A program made the translations under genes and the position numbers. From assembly GCA_963676835.2 (NCBI GenBank), contig CAXXFF010000002.1, forward strand, positions 832,001-896,000: a stretch of 64,000 nt of DNA. The letters are read 5' to 3'. The stretch comes from Marispirochaeta sp. Its GTDB lineage: Bacteria > Spirochaetota > Spirochaetia > JC444 > Marispirochaetaceae. Positions 61,602 to 64,000 of the stretch are shown piece after piece; within the stretch, counting starts at the first letter, position 1; every line of letters begins with the position of its first letter. The notes under the pieces were generated by a model. That model made no database searches and was not told the DNA's origin. It was given only the letters and a program-made list of their open reading frames with translations.

Positions 61602-61661
61602 TTTCCGGGTGTGACAATTTCAAAGAAATATAAAAAAAATTATGAAATAAATAATCACCGC

Positions 61662-61705
61662 AAGGGTCATTTGTCCTTTTTATTAAAAATCTAAGTGTCT
61701 ACTAT
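61662..61705 (+). promoter_or_regulatory. Palindromic activator site 3 plus -10 element
   Basis: AAG-GGTCA-TT-TGTCC-TTTT centred at 61670.5; TACTAT at 61700. Confidence 0.7.
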
Positions 61706-61773
61706 TTCTTCAGAATCCGGCGGGAAGTCTTTACAGGACAGCCGCCGGAGGTCAGTGAGAGGAGGGATAGGGA

Positions 61774-62349
61774 ATGTCTTTGCATAAAGAGGATGCCAGA
61801 AGCGGCAAAGTAGTATTTGTCGCTAATTGTCTGCTGAATGCCAACAACAAAGTCCTTGAGCAGGCCCGCTACAAGGGAATGTTTTCCGAGGTGGTGGCTT
61901 CTCTGGACAAGCTTGGTCTGGGAGTAATGCAGATGCCCTGTCCCGAAACCCTCCACCTGGGTAACCAGCGCTGGTGGACCAGCAGAAACCTTTATGACAA
62001 CCCGGGATACCGGAAGCTCTGCCGGAAGATTGCGGACCAGATGGCTGACTATCTGGAAAGCTACCGCAATATCGGCTATCAGGTTCCGGCAATCCTAACC
62101 TGTGACGGTTCACCTTCCTGCGGCATTACCTGCTCCAGCTACTGCGAAGACTGGGGCGGCCGGCCCAAGGAGATACCCCGGACTCTTGTAAATAAACCGG
62201 GTGTTTTTATTGAAGAGTTGATGAGTGTAGTCAGTGAACGGGGACTTGAGTGTCCCTATATCTATGGTCTGAAAATGGATGACCATGGCGAGTCAAACGA
62301 ACAGATTATCAGGGATTTTGAAGACTTTCTGAAGAAAGAACTCAAGTGA
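61774..62349 (+). CDS. TudS/DUF523-related putative desulfidase (CD3072-like)
   Basis: Three Cys motifs NCLLN, QMPCPE, GSPSCG and C-terminal GVFIEEL. Confidence 0.82.
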   Translation: MSLHKEDARSGKVVFVANCLLNANNKVLEQARYKGMFSEVVASLDKLGLGVMQMPCPETLHLGNQRWWTSRNLYDNPGYRKLCRKIADQMADYLESYRNIGYQVPAILTCDGSPSCGITCSSYCEDWGGRPKEIPRTLVNKPGVFIEELMSVVSERGLECPYIYGLKMDDHGESNEQIIRDFEDFLKKELK

Positions 62350-62381
62350 AATCCTGATTTTAATAAGCATGGGAAACTAAA

Positions 62382-63581
62382 ATGAGCAACTTACTTAAGA
62401 CTAATTTTGCAGGTGTAGATTTACCAAACCCTTTTGTGCTGGCATCAGCGCCTCCGGCAACCAACCCGGAGATTATAGCCCGCAGTTTCGACCGCGGCTG
62501 GGGCGGGGCAATTATAAAAACTGTACAGTATACTCCCAGATGGACCAAAATAAACGTTACTCCCCGAATCCGTGCGGTTAAGGACAAGGGAAAAATCCTT
62601 GGCTTCACCAACTTTGAAATCGGCAGCCCCAAGACTCTGGATCAGTGGGCCGAAGGTATCCGCTGGCTGAAGGAGCGCTTTCCGGACCATGCGGTCTTCG
62701 GCAGTCTTATGCACACCGATGTTCTTAACGAGCATGAATGGCGGGAGGTTACCCGGATCTTTGATCAGGCCGGGGTGGACGGATTCGAGCTGAACCTTTC
62801 CTGCTCCCATGGACAGGCTGAGAGCGGTAACGGTGCAGCCCTGGGTGCCAATGCGGATATGGTGAAAATGGTAACCAGCTGGGTACGGGAAGAGACCAAA
62901 AAGCCGGTTATGCCGAAGCTCACCGCCCTTACCTTTGATGTTCCCGGAAAAGGGCTTGCCGCAAAAGAGGCCGGAGCAGATGCTCTTGCAGCTATTAACA
63001 CCTTAAGTTCCCTGCCGGGAATTGATATCGATACCTTCGCCCCCTACAGTACTGTAAACGGCCAGAGTGCATTTCAGGGACTGAGCGGAAGGGCTATCCG
63101 TCCCATTGCTCTTCGCTGTGTAGCCCAGCTTGCTGCAGCTACCGGACTGCCTATTTCCGCAACCGGCGGAGCCTACACCTGGCGGGACGCGGTTGAGTTT
63201 ATCCTCGCCGGAGCATCCACCATTCAGGTCTGTTCCGCTGTTATGGAATACGGTTACGGAATTATCGACAGTCTCAAAGAAGGGCTGGTGGATTACATGG
63301 AGACCAAGGGCTTCAAGTCCATCGATGATTTCTGCGGAAAAGCTCTGCCGAACATTACCAAACAGATAGAGCTCAGCCGGGATGTACGTCTTGCGGCGAA
63401 AGTTGATGCAGAACGCTGTGTGGGCTGCGGGCGCTGTGTAGACAGCTGTGCTGATAACGGTTACGGCGCAATCTGCATGGACGGAAAAAAGGCTGTGATA
63501 GATCCGGCAAAATGTGACGGCTGCGGACTCTGTACTCAGATATGTCCTGCATCCTGCATCACTATGACCGGAGCTAACTGA
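62382..63581 (+). CDS. preA: Dihydropyrimidine dehydrogenase subunit PreA-like
   Basis: NPFVLASAPP, ELNLSCSHG, PKLT, AINT, GLSG.AIRP, QVCSA, two C-terminal 4Fe-4S motifs. Confidence 0.88.
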   Translation: MSNLLKTNFAGVDLPNPFVLASAPPATNPEIIARSFDRGWGGAIIKTVQYTPRWTKINVTPRIRAVKDKGKILGFTNFEIGSPKTLDQWAEGIRWLKERFPDHAVFGSLMHTDVLNEHEWREVTRIFDQAGVDGFELNLSCSHGQAESGNGAALGANADMVKMVTSWVREETKKPVMPKLTALTFDVPGKGLAAKEAGADALAAINTLSSLPGIDIDTFAPYSTVNGQSAFQGLSGRAIRPIALRCVAQLAAATGLPISATGGAYTWRDAVEFILAGASTIQVCSAVMEYGYGIIDSLKEGLVDYMETKGFKSIDDFCGKALPNITKQIELSRDVRLAAKVDAERCVGCGRCVDSCADNGYGAICMDGKKAVIDPAKCDGCGLCTQICPASCITMTGAN

Positions 63582-63589
63582 GGCGGTTT

Positions 63590-64000
63590 ATGAGAAGCGG
63601 CAACGATCTGAATCTTCTCAACGGAACTCTTATTTTTCCTGAAGCTGAAAGAACAGGAAGCATAGGCATTGCCGACGGGCTGATTACTCAGGTTGTAGAG
63701 AATGCAGAGGACCTGCTGCCCTCTTCCCGGGTAATTGATGCGGAAGGTATGCTTATCTTCCCGGGATTGATCGACTCCCATGTACACGTCCGGGGTGCCG
63801 GTTTCAGCTACCGGGAGGATTTCTCAAGCGGCTCCAGAGCTGCTGCTTCATCCGGTATTACCACCATTATGGAGATGCCCGGAACGGATATTCCCGCCAA
63901 TACTGCCGAACGCTTTCTGACACGTCTTGAAGAGGTGCGCCGGGACGGTGGAATCAGCTTTGCCATGTACGGTGCCGCCGGGGCGGACAACCTGAATGAG
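63590..64000 (+). CDS. Cyclic amidohydrolase (allantoinase/dihydropyrimidinase/dihydroorotase family), 3'-truncated
   Basis: Absent from ORF track; my translation from ATG 63590: MRSGNDL...IDAEGMLIFPGLIDSHVHVRG...EDFSSGSRAAASSGITTIMEMP, open to the window end. Confidence 0.9.
   Translation, partial: MRSGNDLNLLNGTLIFPEAERTGSIGIADGLITQVVENAEDLLPSSRVIDAEGMLIFPGLIDSHVHVRGAGFSYREDFSSGSRAAASSGITTIMEMPGTDIPANTAERFLTRLEEVRRDGGISFAMYGAAGADNLNE

Overview
A 64-kb, gene-dense bacterial chromosomal window, probably from a free-living anaerobic spirochaete (inferred from 'AEGKAE/AAGASE'-type exported-protein N-termini, a lipoprotein, an MCP and sigma54 systems). I found no rRNA, tRNA, CRISPR array, transposase or integrase. 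Layout: (1) 1-11.3 kb housekeeping and signalling (leuA, MCP, YhhN, Na/Pi cotransporter plus Fic-like protein, hybrid kinase, fxsA). (2) 11.3-40.8 kb accessory block with three sigma54 promoters and two enhancer-binding proteins with identical recognition helices. These promoters precede a 9-gene esterase/MBL/DUF3237/tripartite tricarboxylate transporter operon, a second TTT plus 2-hydroxyacid dehydrogenase operon, and a large exported MBL-fold protein. The block also has an AT-rich TetR-TolC-RND cassette with a PII-like gene, a Ni/Co transporter pair and an Xre-RES toxin-antitoxin pair. (3) 40.9-55.7 kb sugar-acid uptake (tandem GntP paralogues, aldolase, RpiR), DipZ-MsrA and signalling genes. 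(4) 55.7-64 kb, the best candidate for an undescribed system: three units, each preceded by the same GGACA-NN-TGTCC-type palindrome at about -41.5/-42.5. They encode an MFS transporter, the functionally unassigned YjjI glycyl radical enzyme and its activase, an esterase, a LarA-family protein with Gln at a catalytic His position, a TudS-like desulfidase, PreA and a cyclic amidohydrolase. I infer an anaerobic (thio)nucleobase/nucleoside catabolic regulon. All family calls come from motif recognition; no database search was run.
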